DNA from: a virus
IMG/VR virus record: IMGVR_UViG_3300045391_003291
Location: 1 to 63,860 of that record
Direction: 5' to 3' (one strand)
Length of the DNA: 63,860 nucleotides
In this document: positions 13,910 through 23,119 of the stretch, piece by piece
Layout: every line of letters begins with the position of its first letter
How positions within the stretch are numbered: position 1 is the first letter of the stretch
The notes under the pieces: generated by a model
Database searches by the model: none
Told to the model about the DNA's origin: nothing
Seen by the model: only the letters and a program-made list of their open reading frames with translations
Translations under genes and position numbers: made by a program

Positions 13910-14623
13910 GTGAAGCAAGCCATCAGCTATCTCCGTGTCAGTACCGACAAGCAAGGCATCTCAGGGCTCGGGATTGAAGCCCAGCGCCACGCGGTCGAGC
14001 AGATGTGCGCACAGCGCGGGTACCGACTCATCGAAGAGTTCGTAGAGGCTGATAGCGGCCGCAGGAACGATCGACCTCAGCTGCAGCGTGCACGGGCTAT
14101 GGCGCGCGCCGCCGGCGCCGTACTGGTCGTTGCAAAGCTGGATCGCCTGGCCCGTGACGTCGACATGATCCGTTCGATCATGGCCAGCAAAGAGCAGGTT
14201 GTGTTCTGCGACTTCCCTCAGATTCCGGACGGACCCATGGGTGAGATGATGATCACCCTGATGGCAGCCTTTGCCGAGTTCGAGTCGAACTGCATCAGCA
14301 AGCGCACCAAAGACGCCATGCAGGCGGCCAAGAAGCGCGGCCAGAAGTTCGGCAACCCGGAGGCCCTGGCCAGGTGGAGGAGGGGGCGTAAGATCGACGT
14401 CTCTCGCGCCAACGAGGCCAGGCAGGCTATCGCACAGCAGAAGATCAACGACGTGGAGCCTGTGATCCAGGACCTTCGTATGAAAGGAATCACGACGCTC
14501 CGTGGCATTGCTTCAATGCTTAACTTCAAAGGAATCAAGTCACCAAGCGGAAGAGATTGGAAAGCCGAAAGTGTGCGGCGTGTGCTGCGCGCCATCCCTG
14601 ATGTTACAACCACCATGCAGTAG
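13910..14623 (+). CDS. small serine recombinase (resolvase/invertase-size, 237 aa; 249 aa if the GTG at 13874 is used)
   Basis: N-terminal VKQAISYLRVSTDKQ (catalytic Ser motif), VVAKLDRLARD, and a C-terminal HTH-like ITTLRGIASMLN. Confidence 0.85.
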   Translation: MKQAISYLRVSTDKQGISGLGIEAQRHAVEQMCAQRGYRLIEEFVEADSGRRNDRPQLQRARAMARAAGAVLVVAKLDRLARDVDMIRSIMASKEQVVFCDFPQIPDGPMGEMMITLMAAFAEFESNCISKRTKDAMQAAKKRGQKFGNPEALARWRRGRKIDVSRANEARQAIAQQKINDVEPVIQDLRMKGITTLRGIASMLNFKGIKSPSGRDWKAESVRRVLRAIPDVTTTMQ

Positions 14624-14631
14624 AGGACACC

Positions 14632-15003
14632 ATGACTGAGCAGATCGAAACCCCGCCGGCGGCGGAAGTTGAAACCAAAAACTACGAGGACGGAAGCTCA
14701 GCCACCGGCGTGGCGCCGCTTCCTGACGTCAGCCCAGAAGGCGCACCTGCAGTAACGGAACCGGATTTCCAGAACCCGCAGGTCAATATTCGAGAGGCAA
14801 CACCCGCTGAAATCGAGCGTCATCATCGAGAGCAGTTCGCATCAGAACACGATCCGGCAAGCCACGATGAGGTGGCCAACCTGGCATCTCGAGTCCACGG
14901 TGAACTGACCCAGCTGGCCGGCGGTACCAGCCACGAACTCGGCGTCGTCAAGGCGCTTCTCGAGCACTCGCTCGACTGGATCAACTTCCACAAATCCAAG
15001 TAA
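14632..15003 (+). CDS. acidic hypothetical protein (123 aa)
   Basis: ORF track, with GAGGA RBS. Confidence 0.65.
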   Translation: MTEQIETPPAAEVETKNYEDGSSATGVAPLPDVSPEGAPAVTEPDFQNPQVNIREATPAEIERHHREQFASEHDPASHDEVANLASRVHGELTQLAGGTSHELGVVKALLEHSLDWINFHKSK

Positions 15004-15023
15004 TTCCTAGGTGGCAAATTGAG

Positions 15024-15048
15024 CCCGGCCTTGTGCCGGGTTTTTTTT
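15024..15048 (+). terminator. Intrinsic terminator CCCGGC-CTTGT-GCCGGG followed by T8
   Basis: Read directly. Confidence 0.85.
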
Positions 15049-15065
15049 GGGCGTTACCATGGGGC

Positions 15066-15272
15066 ATGACGAAAGCCATCACATCCGGTAGTAGCTGGGT
15101 CGCTGGGTACGAATACGACCCGCACACGAAAGTCCTAACCGTACGTCGAAAAGACGGCGGGGTAACCCGATATAAGGGAGTCCAGGCAAGCGTTTTCCAG
15201 CAGCTGGAGAAGGCGGACAGCAAGGGATCATTCATCTCCTCGAACATCCGCGGGTATTACTCGGAGGTCTGA
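15066..15272 (+). CDS. KTSC-domain-like protein (68 aa)
   Basis: Internal ATG. SSWVAGYEYDPHTKVLTVRRKDGGVTRYKGVQASVFQQLEKADSKGSFISSNIRGYY fits the remembered KTSC pattern. Confidence 0.6.
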   Translation: MTKAITSGSSWVAGYEYDPHTKVLTVRRKDGGVTRYKGVQASVFQQLEKADSKGSFISSNIRGYYSEV

Positions 15273-15273
15273 C

Positions 15274-16800
15274 GTGGACCAGATGGCTCAAATCCTGGCC
15301 ACACTTCCACAGGAAGTGGTCAGACAGATCCCGGCGGACTGGCTCAAGCTTTCTCCAACTGAGCTCGTCACCAAGCTGACCGCTCACATCCAGACGCAGG
15401 AAAAGAAAAACAGGCTGATCAATTTCAAGCCGTTCCCGAAGCAGATGGAGTTCTACCGGCACGGGCTTACCCATCGGGAAAGGCTATTCCGCGCCATCAA
15501 CCAGGTCGGCAAGACCATGGGCGCAGCGGTCGAGACGGTCTACCACCTGACTGGGAATTATCCGAACTGGTGGCCAGGTATCCGGTTTGTGAACGCTACC
15601 CGCGGCTGGGTGATGTCGGAGTCGATGCAGTTCTCTCGAGACGCAGCGCAGAAGCTGTTGCTCGGGGAAAGCCCTGAGGAATGGGGCACTGGCCTTCTGC
15701 CAGCGGCATCGATCAAGAAGATCGTGCGCGCCAGCCACTCGGTTCAGGACGCCGTGGACACCCTGCGCGTGAAGCACATCAGCGGAGGTGTCAGCACCCT
15801 GGTGTTCAAGTCGGCTGAAGTCGAGCAGAACAAGCTCGGCGGCGACACGCTGCATTTCGCCTGGATGGACGAGGAGCCTCCGTACGGTCACTACGAGGAG
15901 GTCTATACAAGAACCAACGTCCACAAAGGACCCGTATACACAACCTTCACCCCGTTGAAGGGCGCTACACAGCTGGTCGTAGAGCTCATCGATAAGGCCA
16001 AGCTGGCCGGCTCGAGCGTCGCTGACATCCGCTGGACCATCGACGACGAGTCGATCTACAGCGATGCCGACAAGGAGGCGATGAAGCTTAAGTACGCCAA
16101 CTCATCCGACAAGGACGCCCGTCTCTACGCTGAGCCGACGCGTGGTTCAGGTTCTGTTTTCCAGTCGATCAACGAGGATTCGATCAAGTACCGCCACATC
16201 GATATCCCGGATCACTGGTACCGCATCTGCGGAATGGACTTCGGCATCAAGGACCCTACCTGCCTTGTCTACATCGCTCACGATCGTGACAACGATGTGT
16301 ACTACCTGTACGACGCCTACGGACAGACGGACAAGCCAGCGGCGGTGCACTACGAGGCCTGGAAGTCGAGGGGCGAGCATATCCCCGTGGCATGGCCGGC
16401 AGACGGCCTGCAGCGCGGAAAGGCAGACGGCATTCAGCTCAAGCGCGTGTACGAAGGCTTGGGGATGTACATGCTGTCGGATCCAGCGATGCTCCCGGAG
16501 ACGAACGCCAGGGGAGAGAACAATCGCAGTAGGACCTCGGTTGAAGCGAGTCTCGGCGACCTGATCGAATTGATGCAACAAGGCCGCTTCAAGGTTGCTG
16601 CCCACCTGGAACCGTGGTGGAGAGAATTCAAAGCCTACTTCCGCAAGAAGGACGGCAAACTCAATGATGCCGACAACCATTTCATCGACGCCACGCGCTA
16701 TGCCTTAATGATGGAAATGCAGGGTGCAGGCGTACAGGGTGGACGATATGAGAAACTGCGTTACACCAGAAACAGCAGTTTCCGTTCGCGTTATGCATAG
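15274..16800 (+). CDS. terL: terminase large subunit
   Basis: Walker A-like NQVGKT, Walker B-like FAWMDEEP, and nuclease-region motifs GMDFG and HFIDATRYAL. GGAGG RBS. Followed by the portal gene. Confidence 0.9.
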   Translation: MDQMAQILATLPQEVVRQIPADWLKLSPTELVTKLTAHIQTQEKKNRLINFKPFPKQMEFYRHGLTHRERLFRAINQVGKTMGAAVETVYHLTGNYPNWWPGIRFVNATRGWVMSESMQFSRDAAQKLLLGESPEEWGTGLLPAASIKKIVRASHSVQDAVDTLRVKHISGGVSTLVFKSAEVEQNKLGGDTLHFAWMDEEPPYGHYEEVYTRTNVHKGPVYTTFTPLKGATQLVVELIDKAKLAGSSVADIRWTIDDESIYSDADKEAMKLKYANSSDKDARLYAEPTRGSGSVFQSINEDSIKYRHIDIPDHWYRICGMDFGIKDPTCLVYIAHDRDNDVYYLYDAYGQTDKPAAVHYEAWKSRGEHIPVAWPADGLQRGKADGIQLKRVYEGLGMYMLSDPAMLPETNARGENNRSRTSVEASLGDLIELMQQGRFKVAAHLEPWWREFKAYFRKKDGKLNDADNHFIDATRYALMMEMQGAGVQGGRYEKLRYTRNSSFRSRYA

Positions 16801-16808
16801 GGTGTCCC

Positions 16809-18956
16809 ATGACTGACGAAGATCGCGGTATCAATTACGTCGATGACGATCACGAGGAGATGTCTCTCCAGGATCTGACCGACATTCGTTCGTCAGACCA
16901 GAACTACACGCAGTGGCGATACGACTGCGCGACTGCAGAGGAGTACTCGGCCGGCAACCAGTTCACCTTCGACGACATCGAGGCCGCCTCAGCAAATGGC
17001 ATCACGCTGACCATCGCCAACTACGTCAAGCCGATCTTGGACGACATCAACGGAATCCAGGAATCCGTGATGACGAGCTGGAAGGTTCGAGGGGAGAACC
17101 CTGAGAACGACGATCTGTACAACGCACTCAGCCACAAGCTGTTCGAAGCCGCCAAGGTCACCAACGTGCACCGCGCGCGCTTGCGGGCCTATGCCTCCCA
17201 AGTGAATGTCGGCATCGGCTGGATGGAAGTCGGCCGTCAGGCAAACCCATTGCTCGGCGAATACCTGGCAGAAGATGTTCCGTGGCGCGAGATGTTCTTC
17301 GATATGCGTGCACGCCGGGCTGATCTTGAAGATGCCGGCTACATCCACCGCGTCCGTACCTTCCACAAGGACCGCATCAAGAAACAGTTCAGCCATGTCG
17401 AAGGGATCGATTGGGCAGTGGATACGGCGCCTACGCCGGCGCGCATGCAGTGGATGAATATCGAGCCTCCGCAGAACTACCGAGCGCTGCCGTGGCGCCG
17501 CGGTCGGGACTATCCGATCACCTACCAGAACACCCCCAAGGATGCCGACCTGCGCACCCTGGAAGAGGTTTGGAGACCGGTGTACCTGGAAGGTTTGTTC
17601 GCCAAGCTTCCGAACGGCAAGGTCGTTCTTTACGACGAAAAGAATTCGATGCTGTCGATGATGGTCAAGTACGGCATCGCCAAGCTTGTCGAAGCACCTT
17701 ATACCCGCTGGCGCTGCGCGCTGTGGGCTGGAGACTTCAAGATCAACGACTGCTGGAGCCCATACCCGTGGCGTGGACATCCCTACATTGCGTTCTGGGG
17801 ATACCGCGAGGGCATGACCATGGTTCCGTATGGGGTGACCCGCGGCCTGGTTTCACTGCAGGACGAGATCAATAGCGCGGCCGCCAAGTTCCACTTCGGC
17901 ATGGATGCTGTTCGAATCTACATCGAAGAAGGCGCTCTGTCGGAATCGATGAGTCTTGACGAGGTGATCGCACAGGCTGCGAACAAGCGCGGCGTGTTCA
18001 TCCTAAAGCAGGGGAAGATCGACAAGATCAAGATCGATCACCACTTCCAGCTCAACGAGCAGAACTTCAAGCGCGCCCAGGATGCCAAGGCCGACATGCG
18101 AGCCGTGTCGATGGCATCCGCACTGAATCCTGCCAACATCAACGGCGCGCCGGCCGATCCGCAGATGCTCAGCGCCATGACCCTGCGCGCGCTTGCGAAC
18201 CTGGGCGAGATCCCTGGGAATTACCGGGAAGGCAGTGAGTTGGTCGGAGATCGAATGATCGAGTTGATCAACGAAGACATCGCAGAACAAGGAAATGTCG
18301 AGATCACTTACAACCACCCGACCCGTGGCATTCGCAAGGTTCAGTTCCAAACAGAGATCGGTTTTACTGCCGAGCACGGCCGAATCATCAACAACGACGT
18401 CACCCTACTGCGGTGCGATGTAGGCCTGGACGAGGTCCCGCACACCGCGACGTACCGCGCGCAACAGCTGTCGGACAACATGAAGATGGCGCAGTCATGC
18501 CCGCCGGAAGCAGTCGAGGCGCGCACCATGCTGATGGCCAACGTAGTCAAGCTGAGCGATGTGCCGCACGGCAATGAGGTCGGTCAGCACATGCTCGAGC
18601 AGGCCGGCCTGGTGCCTCCGTCAACGCCTGAGGCCGCCAAGGAGCTTCAGCAGAAGCAGCAAGAGGCTCAGCAGCAGAGGGAGATCGGGATCGAGGACGC
18701 CTTGGCCCAGATCGGGCACCGCAAGGCCCAGACGACGAAGCTGCTGTCGGATGCCCAGCTCAAGCAGGCGATGGCTCAGAGTGCAGCGATGGACCTGAAG
18801 GATCCTCAGTACGAGGCGGTCAATCGGAATTTGCTGCTGGAGAGAACGGCGGTCCAGAACCGCAGGACCGCCGCACAAGCTGACAAGATCGAGAAGGAAC
18901 TCAATGCACTTCCGCCGATGGTTCCTGCCCCATTGCCGATTCCGGAGCATTGGTAA
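16809..18956 (+). CDS. portal protein (715 aa)
   Basis: Size and position directly after terL. Coiled-coil, Gln-rich C-terminus. Confidence 0.8.
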   Translation: MTDEDRGINYVDDDHEEMSLQDLTDIRSSDQNYTQWRYDCATAEEYSAGNQFTFDDIEAASANGITLTIANYVKPILDDINGIQESVMTSWKVRGENPENDDLYNALSHKLFEAAKVTNVHRARLRAYASQVNVGIGWMEVGRQANPLLGEYLAEDVPWREMFFDMRARRADLEDAGYIHRVRTFHKDRIKKQFSHVEGIDWAVDTAPTPARMQWMNIEPPQNYRALPWRRGRDYPITYQNTPKDADLRTLEEVWRPVYLEGLFAKLPNGKVVLYDEKNSMLSMMVKYGIAKLVEAPYTRWRCALWAGDFKINDCWSPYPWRGHPYIAFWGYREGMTMVPYGVTRGLVSLQDEINSAAAKFHFGMDAVRIYIEEGALSESMSLDEVIAQAANKRGVFILKQGKIDKIKIDHHFQLNEQNFKRAQDAKADMRAVSMASALNPANINGAPADPQMLSAMTLRALANLGEIPGNYREGSELVGDRMIELINEDIAEQGNVEITYNHPTRGIRKVQFQTEIGFTAEHGRIINNDVTLLRCDVGLDEVPHTATYRAQQLSDNMKMAQSCPPEAVEARTMLMANVVKLSDVPHGNEVGQHMLEQAGLVPPSTPEAAKELQQKQQEAQQQREIGIEDALAQIGHRKAQTTKLLSDAQLKQAMAQSAAMDLKDPQYEAVNRNLLLERTAVQNRRTAAQADKIEKELNALPPMVPAPLPIPEHW

Positions 18957-19305
18957 CCATCGGCTGATTCAGGCGCTGGTGATTGACCGTGGCCTGAGCC
19001 AGGACTCCATAGACCTCGTGGATCAGATCGACCACGAGGTGCCACGCCGGCACGCGGTACAGATTCGGAAGTCCCGAGAAAGTCTCTTCATCCGATAGGC
19101 AATCAACCAGCCTGTCGGGGTCCTGTCCGCGGTTCGACACGAGCATGCGCGCCGCCGGTTCGTAGAACTCCAGCATGTCCTTCTGATCGTCGGTGTACTC
19201 CTTCTCCTTGAAAACCTGCTCGGCCTTGAACTGGCCACGCCCAAGAGCGTCGACCAGCTTGACCATGTTGGAAATGCGGATTGGTTTCGGTTCCTGATTC
19301 TTCAT
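18901..19305 (-). CDS. hypothetical protein (134 aa) in an antisense insert
   Basis: ORF track. ATGA-coupled to the AlpA-like gene. Its 3' end overlaps the portal 3' end by 56 nt. Confidence 0.55.
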   Translation of the reverse strand: MKNQEPKPIRISNMVKLVDALGRGQFKAEQVFKEKEYTDDQKDMLEFYEPAARMLVSNRGQDPDRLVDCLSDEETFSGLPNLYRVPAWHLVVDLIHEVYGVLAQATVNHQRLNQPMVTNAPESAMGQEPSAEVH

Positions 19306-19466
19306 GCTGTTTTCCTCGTTTCAATCCAGTGCTGGATGGTTGATAGGCGCCAAGCGATTCGGTGATTCCCGAGCTTTATTGGATGAGGGAAGTCCCCGCG
19401 TTTCACCATGTCATCGATGGTGCGCCTACCGAGGGTTGTTATCTCCATCACCTTTTTTTTCGACAT
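19302..19466 (-). CDS. AlpA/excisionase-family-like HTH protein (54 aa)
   Basis: MSKKKVMEITTLGRRTIDDMVKRGDFPHPIKLGNHRIAWRLSTIQHWIE matches the remembered AlpA pattern (FP.P.K.G......W....I..W). Confidence 0.6.
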   Translation of the reverse strand: MSKKKVMEITTLGRRTIDDMVKRGDFPHPIKLGNHRIAWRLSTIQHWIETRKTA

Positions 19467-19515
19467 AAGCGGATCGATGCGCACATTTTGGTGCGTCGAT
19501 CCAATAATCCCGGGC

Positions 19516-19562
19516 TGTGCGCTCATGCGCGCACAATACCGCGCAAGAGTTGTTGTTTTCAA
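19516..19562 (-). promoter_or_regulatory. Candidate leftward promoter TTGAAA-N18-TATTGT with an overlapping perfect palindrome TGTGCGC-N6-GCGCACA (19516-19535)
   Basis: Counted by hand on the minus strand, upstream of the AlpA-like gene. Confidence 0.45.
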
Positions 19563-19617
19563 CGTGCTTCAGTCTTAAAACCCCGTCGTCAGGAACATTT
19601 TGCGACCGGGTACAACA

Positions 19618-20613
19618 ATGCCTCTCGAAGACTTGGTGAATGCAGGCGTGGACATCGGCAATGCGTCCGCCGTGAATGCTGCGATCAACAGCGAACAGTC
19701 CGTCACCGCCGCGCAAGACACCAACGTTCGAGTCGAGCCGGAACCGTTCATCGAGGAAGAAGAGGAAGCCGGTGTCGAGGCGGAAGCCGCTTCCACCACC
19801 GAGGAACCAGCCGTTGATCCCGATATGCCGCCGGTACCGACCGGCAGCGAAGCAGAGGAACCGCCTGCCGCCGCCGCGGAAGCCGCTCCGGCCGCTGTAG
19901 CGCCGAATGCTGAAAAGGTGGCGAGTGACGAGCGTGTTGCCGAACTCCAGAAGCAGCTGGCCGATGAAAAGGCCCGCAATGCCAAGCTGAGCGAAACCGC
20001 CGGCGCTGCTGCGCGCAGCGAAGAAGGTAAGGCCCGCGATGCGGAGCTGAAGGAACTCATCGAGGACCTTGGTGAGAATCACCCGATCGTTAAGGTCACG
20101 AAGCGCCAGTTCGCCGAGATGGACCGCAATGAAGCAGAGCGTGCGGCGAATAAGGAAGCCGATGTCAAGGCGCAAGAGAACAAAATCGCAGCCGACAACC
20201 AGGCCGCTCACGACAAGCACGTACAGGCTGTGCCGTTTCTGGGCAGCTTCTACAAGGACAATGATGAGCCGATGATCGCAATGGCTGCGGCCATCAGCCT
20301 GCAAGTGCAGGACGATCCGAAGCTCCATGGAACCGAGGCATCGAAGCCGTTCACGGCAGGACACTACCGTGAAATCGAAGCGCGGCTCCTGAAGCGATTC
20401 CCCGAAGCGATTGCCAAGTTCTATCCGAAGGCAGTCAGGACAACCAACAAGCCCGGAAACAAGGTCGTGAGCATCAGCCAGGTGCGCGGTGGTCATACCC
20501 CGCCGGCGAGCCAGACCAAGAAAGTCACCCGGGAAGACGTCTACAACGCCGCTGCTTCGAATCCGAGCATCGACCTCGATCAGCTGATGGACAACCTCTC
20601 ACGCGCCGGTTAA
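19618..20613 (+). CDS. scaffolding protein candidate (331 aa)
   Basis: Acidic, Ala/Glu/Lys-rich helical protein located between the portal and capsid genes. Confidence 0.6.
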   Translation: MPLEDLVNAGVDIGNASAVNAAINSEQSVTAAQDTNVRVEPEPFIEEEEEAGVEAEAASTTEEPAVDPDMPPVPTGSEAEEPPAAAAEAAPAAVAPNAEKVASDERVAELQKQLADEKARNAKLSETAGAAARSEEGKARDAELKELIEDLGENHPIVKVTKRQFAEMDRNEAERAANKEADVKAQENKIAADNQAAHDKHVQAVPFLGSFYKDNDEPMIAMAAAISLQVQDDPKLHGTEASKPFTAGHYREIEARLLKRFPEAIAKFYPKAVRTTNKPGNKVVSISQVRGGHTPPASQTKKVTREDVYNAAASNPSIDLDQLMDNLSRAG

Positions 20614-20643
20614 GCCGGGATCTGACGAAACCAAGGAACAACC

Positions 20644-22017
20644 ATGTCCCAGACGAATACCCCTCCCAGCGTATCGCAGTCCGGCAATTACGCGGCCAGC
20701 ATTACCTACGCTGACCGGTTCTTCCTGGAAAACGTCCGGCAGATGAATTTCCGCCGAGCGCTGACGCAGCCGTTCCATCAGGACATGAAGGCCGTCCTGG
20801 GCAACGAGGGGCGTACGCAGAGCTCGAACACGTGGCCGTTCATTCTTTGCACCGACCTTTCGAAGGGCAAGGGCGACCAGATCACGATCGACAAGCTGGG
20901 CCGCAAGAACGGCGTGCCGATCAAGGGCGACGTCCTGGTTACCGATGCCGCGCAGCAGATGGACTGGCAGCGCGACGCGGTGAAGATCGGCCTGTACAAC
21001 ATGCCGCCGATCAACGCCGGCGGTCTGATGAGCGAACAGCGCTCCGCTCACAACCAGGAAACGGCGCAGATGATCGTCGCTTCCTCGTACATGAGCGACA
21101 TCGAAGACAACCAGGCCACCATGGCCATCTGCGGAGCCCGCGGCTACGACACGTCGAGCGGTTGGCAATTCCCGGTCGAAAACGATCCGACACTGGCAGG
21201 TCTTCTGGACAACCCGATCCTGCCGCCGACGCTGAACCGCTACTACGTCTGCAACAGCACCGGCACGCCGTACGGCCAATCCGGCGTTACCACGTTCCAG
21301 GCGATCAGCTCGTCCAACACCATCAGCCTGCAGTGGTTCGACTATTTGTCGACTGCACTGCAGAACAGCTATTACCCCCTGAAGGGGGTGAAGATGTCCG
21401 ACGAGAAGGCTGGCTACAGCATCGGCTCTGGACAGACACCGATCTACATCGTCGGCGTGACCCTCGAGCAGTACAACACGCTGAAGACGCAGGCCGTCAA
21501 CACGGGCGACTGGAACACCTTCGTGGCGCTGACCGGCGTCCGTGAAGACTTCATGAAGCACCCGCTGTTCAACGACATGCAGATCGGCCGGTGGCGCAAC
21601 TGCATTTTCTTCGTGTACGGCCGCCCGGTGACTTTCCCGTCCGGCAGCACGACCACGATGTATACCGACTTGTCGGCTACGACGACCGGCACCGCAACTG
21701 TGGCAACCAACGTACGCATCCAGCGCGGATTCGTTCTGGGTGCCGAGGCCGCGGCCATCGCGTTCGGACAGGCCCCGCTGCGTGCCAGCGGACGTATCGC
21801 CAAGCGCGGCGGCGACACCACGACCCAGCGCATGCCGTACGCCTGGCATACCGAGGTCAAGGAAGGATCGATTCTGTTCTGCTACGCCAAAATGATGATG
21901 GGTATCAAGAAGCTCCGCTTCCCGTACCTGATCAACGGCGTGCAGATCCCATTCGACGCCGGCGTGGCCGTGTTCGACAGCTACCAGGCTGCGAACGGCG
22001 ACTTCAGCCCGGTGTAA
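20644..22017 (+). CDS. major capsid protein (457 aa)
   Basis: Position after the scaffold gene, size, and the segment CTDLSKGKGDQITIDKLG typical of podophage HK97-fold capsid proteins as I recall them. Confidence 0.8.
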   Translation: MSQTNTPPSVSQSGNYAASITYADRFFLENVRQMNFRRALTQPFHQDMKAVLGNEGRTQSSNTWPFILCTDLSKGKGDQITIDKLGRKNGVPIKGDVLVTDAAQQMDWQRDAVKIGLYNMPPINAGGLMSEQRSAHNQETAQMIVASSYMSDIEDNQATMAICGARGYDTSSGWQFPVENDPTLAGLLDNPILPPTLNRYYVCNSTGTPYGQSGVTTFQAISSSNTISLQWFDYLSTALQNSYYPLKGVKMSDEKAGYSIGSGQTPIYIVGVTLEQYNTLKTQAVNTGDWNTFVALTGVREDFMKHPLFNDMQIGRWRNCIFFVYGRPVTFPSGSTTTMYTDLSATTTGTATVATNVRIQRGFVLGAEAAAIAFGQAPLRASGRIAKRGGDTTTQRMPYAWHTEVKEGSILFCYAKMMMGIKKLRFPYLINGVQIPFDAGVAVFDSYQAANGDFSPV

Positions 22018-22067
22018 CCAAAACCCTGTAGGCAGAGCCAATCCGGCACGAAAAAGGAAACTGAAAC

Positions 22068-23021
22068 ATGGCCATTCTCCAAGGTACGTCGCTGCTCAAG
22101 CCTGCCTACAACCAGCCCGAAGCTGGCAAGAAGGGATTCCTGCTCAACACCTACACCGGCGGCTTGAACAAGTCGCAGGGCCTGGTCACCAGCGGCACGT
22201 TCACCATTGCGGCCGTCAACAGCAACCAGACGGTCACGCTATCGGCGGCGTTCTTCAACAACATCCTGGCGGTCGGAAACCTGGTCGACATCCTCGACGG
22301 TTCCAGCCACGAGATCATCGGTCAGGTCGTTTCGACCTCCGGTGTGACCGCGGTGATCAAGACCATCTCGATCGTCCAGGGATCGGCCGGCAACACCATG
22401 GCGACGGCCGCGGTTGTCACCCAGGTGGCCAGCGCCGCTTTCACGGCCGCCGCGGTTGGATCAAACAACACGATCGTGATGGCGACGGCTACGCAGGCCT
22501 CTCTGTTCGCCCCCGGCGACAGCGCTACTATCACGGACGGCACCACGACCATTGTCGGCACTGTTGCATCGGTTGCCGGAACCACTCTGAACCTGACCAC
22601 GGTCAGCTTCTCGGCGGGTTCCGCAGGATCGACGGTGGCGCAGTACGCGAAGTTCTCCGCCAGCCCTGGCGACCGCGTCGTCTTCAATCAGGACCCGAGC
22701 AACTTCATGCCGGCCGGCGCCGTGCCTCTGAATTCGCAGGTCATCGTTCCGGGGTCAACCGGTTCGCTCGCTTTCTCTGTCGGTTATATGTCGACCGATC
22801 AGGACGTCACCACGACCAACGCCACCAACCTGACGTACTTCAACAGTGCGACGGCGATGGCGACCGCGGGTCGGTACAACGAAGCGTCCACGACGGTTCC
22901 ATACCAGCTTCCCAAGAACGCGTATCCGACGCTGCAAGCCAGCGGCGCCAACGCTCCGAGCGCACAGTACTTCGTGCGCATGGAGTTCGAATATCCGGGG
23001 CCGCCGGCCAGCCAGCTGTAA
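22068..23021 (+). CDS. capsid-associated/decoration-like protein with an internal duplication (317 aa)
   Basis: Two roughly 65-aa repeats (FTIAAVNSNQTVTL... and FTAAAVGSNNTIVM...), directly after the capsid gene. Confidence 0.5.
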   Translation: MAILQGTSLLKPAYNQPEAGKKGFLLNTYTGGLNKSQGLVTSGTFTIAAVNSNQTVTLSAAFFNNILAVGNLVDILDGSSHEIIGQVVSTSGVTAVIKTISIVQGSAGNTMATAAVVTQVASAAFTAAAVGSNNTIVMATATQASLFAPGDSATITDGTTTIVGTVASVAGTTLNLTTVSFSAGSAGSTVAQYAKFSASPGDRVVFNQDPSNFMPAGAVPLNSQVIVPGSTGSLAFSVGYMSTDQDVTTTNATNLTYFNSATAMATAGRYNEASTTVPYQLPKNAYPTLQASGANAPSAQYFVRMEFEYPGPPASQL

Positions 23022-23031
23022 TGACAGATCG

Positions 23032-23056
23032 CCCGGGGCGCGCCATGCGCTCCGGG
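23032..23056 (+). terminator. 10-bp GC-rich hairpin after the capsid module
   Basis: CCCGGGGCGC-GCCAT-GCGCTCCGGG paired by hand. Weak U tract. Confidence 0.5.
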
Positions 23057-23119
23057 TCTCTGCGGCAAAGACCGCGCACTCGGACTAGAATCGGATCTCC
23101 ACTGACTTGAGGTTCCACC

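Noticed and set aside
19426-20496. 356-aa minus-strand ORF antisense to the scaffold gene (and similar ORFs at 33249..33911, 33927..34562 and 36021..36689)
   Set aside because: Same reasoning: these are antisense shadows of GC-rich coding regions. Only the short AlpA-like frame at 19302..19466 shows gene-like features.
20599-22041. 480-aa minus-strand ORF antisense to the major capsid gene
   Set aside because: It fully overlaps a well-supported plus-strand gene. Its composition (Arg/Ala/Gly/His-rich) is typical of spurious antisense frames in GC-rich DNA, and it has no RBS or operon context.
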